A stretch of 64,000 nt of DNA from Eledone cirrhosa. Its lineage: Eukaryota. Numbering within the stretch: position 1 is the first letter of the stretch; every line of letters starts with the position of its first letter. Positions 63,606 through 64,000 of the stretch are shown in pieces. A program made the position numbers and the translations under genes. Location: positions 79,546,001 to 79,610,000 of the forward strand of contig OZ024743.1 in NCBI GenBank assembly GCA_964016885.1. Reading direction: 5' to 3'. The notes below the pieces were generated by a model. The model was not told the DNA's origin, made no database searches, and saw only the letters and a program-made list of their open reading frames with translations.

Positions 63606-64000
63606 TATGTTTTATTTTAATGTTATTTTTTAAATTATCCTGTATGTAATTTAATTTATCTATTTTGGAAAACAACAATTTGAGAAAGAATTTGCTGCTA
63701 TTTTTAGGGGGAAAGATGACCGTAGATGTTATTGTTAACTTTCTGTATTAGATAGAATCCACTGTATGGTTTAACATCAAGTCCTACGGTACCTTTGCAA
63801 AGTTCACTCTGTTTCAATCCTCCGGGCCAGGTTTCTGTATTTAAATTACCTTCCATATCCCAGCCCTGCCATCAATCTCACATACTCCTAAATGTGTCAT
63901 GGGCAATGTCGTCCCCTCACTGACTAAACGAATAATATTTTCGTTGACTTATTACAAAGTCTGTAATTAATATTTTGCTATAAACAACAGTAGTCCAACA

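Larger units (their letters stand above)
14520..64000 (+). repeat. tRNA-Lys(CTT) tandem array/macrosatellite; ~3.3 kb three-tRNA higher-order unit from about 20.2 kb
   Basis: Slot C at 24319, 27644, 30969, 34294 and slot A at 25416, 28741, 32066, 35391 (period 3325); the ORF track repeats with the same period; continues past the window end. Confidence 0.98.

Noticed and set aside
20200-64000. The 3.3 kb unit as a single autonomous transposon in tandem
   Set aside because: No terminal repeats, TSDs or intact enzyme; the unit resolves into three homologous tRNA monomers plus separate insertions.

Overview
AT-rich eukaryotic (animal) genomic DNA with no intact protein-coding gene. The SINE families look like those of octopus/cephalopods; this is an inference from motif recall, not a search. 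1-2.1 kb: an old SINE relic and compound microsatellites. 2.73-13.07 kb: about 195 copies of a 53-bp satellite that appears to have expanded inside a single SINE copy. 14.5 kb to the window end: a tandem array holding 43 tRNA-Lys(CTT) genes and pseudogenes, 13 of them identical to the consensus. Diverged ~1-2 kb monomers at the left edge give way to a ~3.3 kb higher-order unit (period exactly 3325 bp at 24.3-35.4 kb). Each unit has three tRNA slots (A, B, C), a ~186-bp foldback upstream of slot A, a head-to-head inverted SINE pair downstream of slot A, and a fragment of a CRE-clade (RLE) non-LTR reverse transcriptase between B and C. Slot A, bracketed by the two hairpins, is mostly intact; slot C is always damaged. 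Individual units carry private events: SINE insertions with target-site duplications (TSDs), an 824-bp non-autonomous Helitron, a ~1.05 kb inverted templated insertion, and deletions. All counts and coordinates were read by eye; element ends may be off by a few bases.
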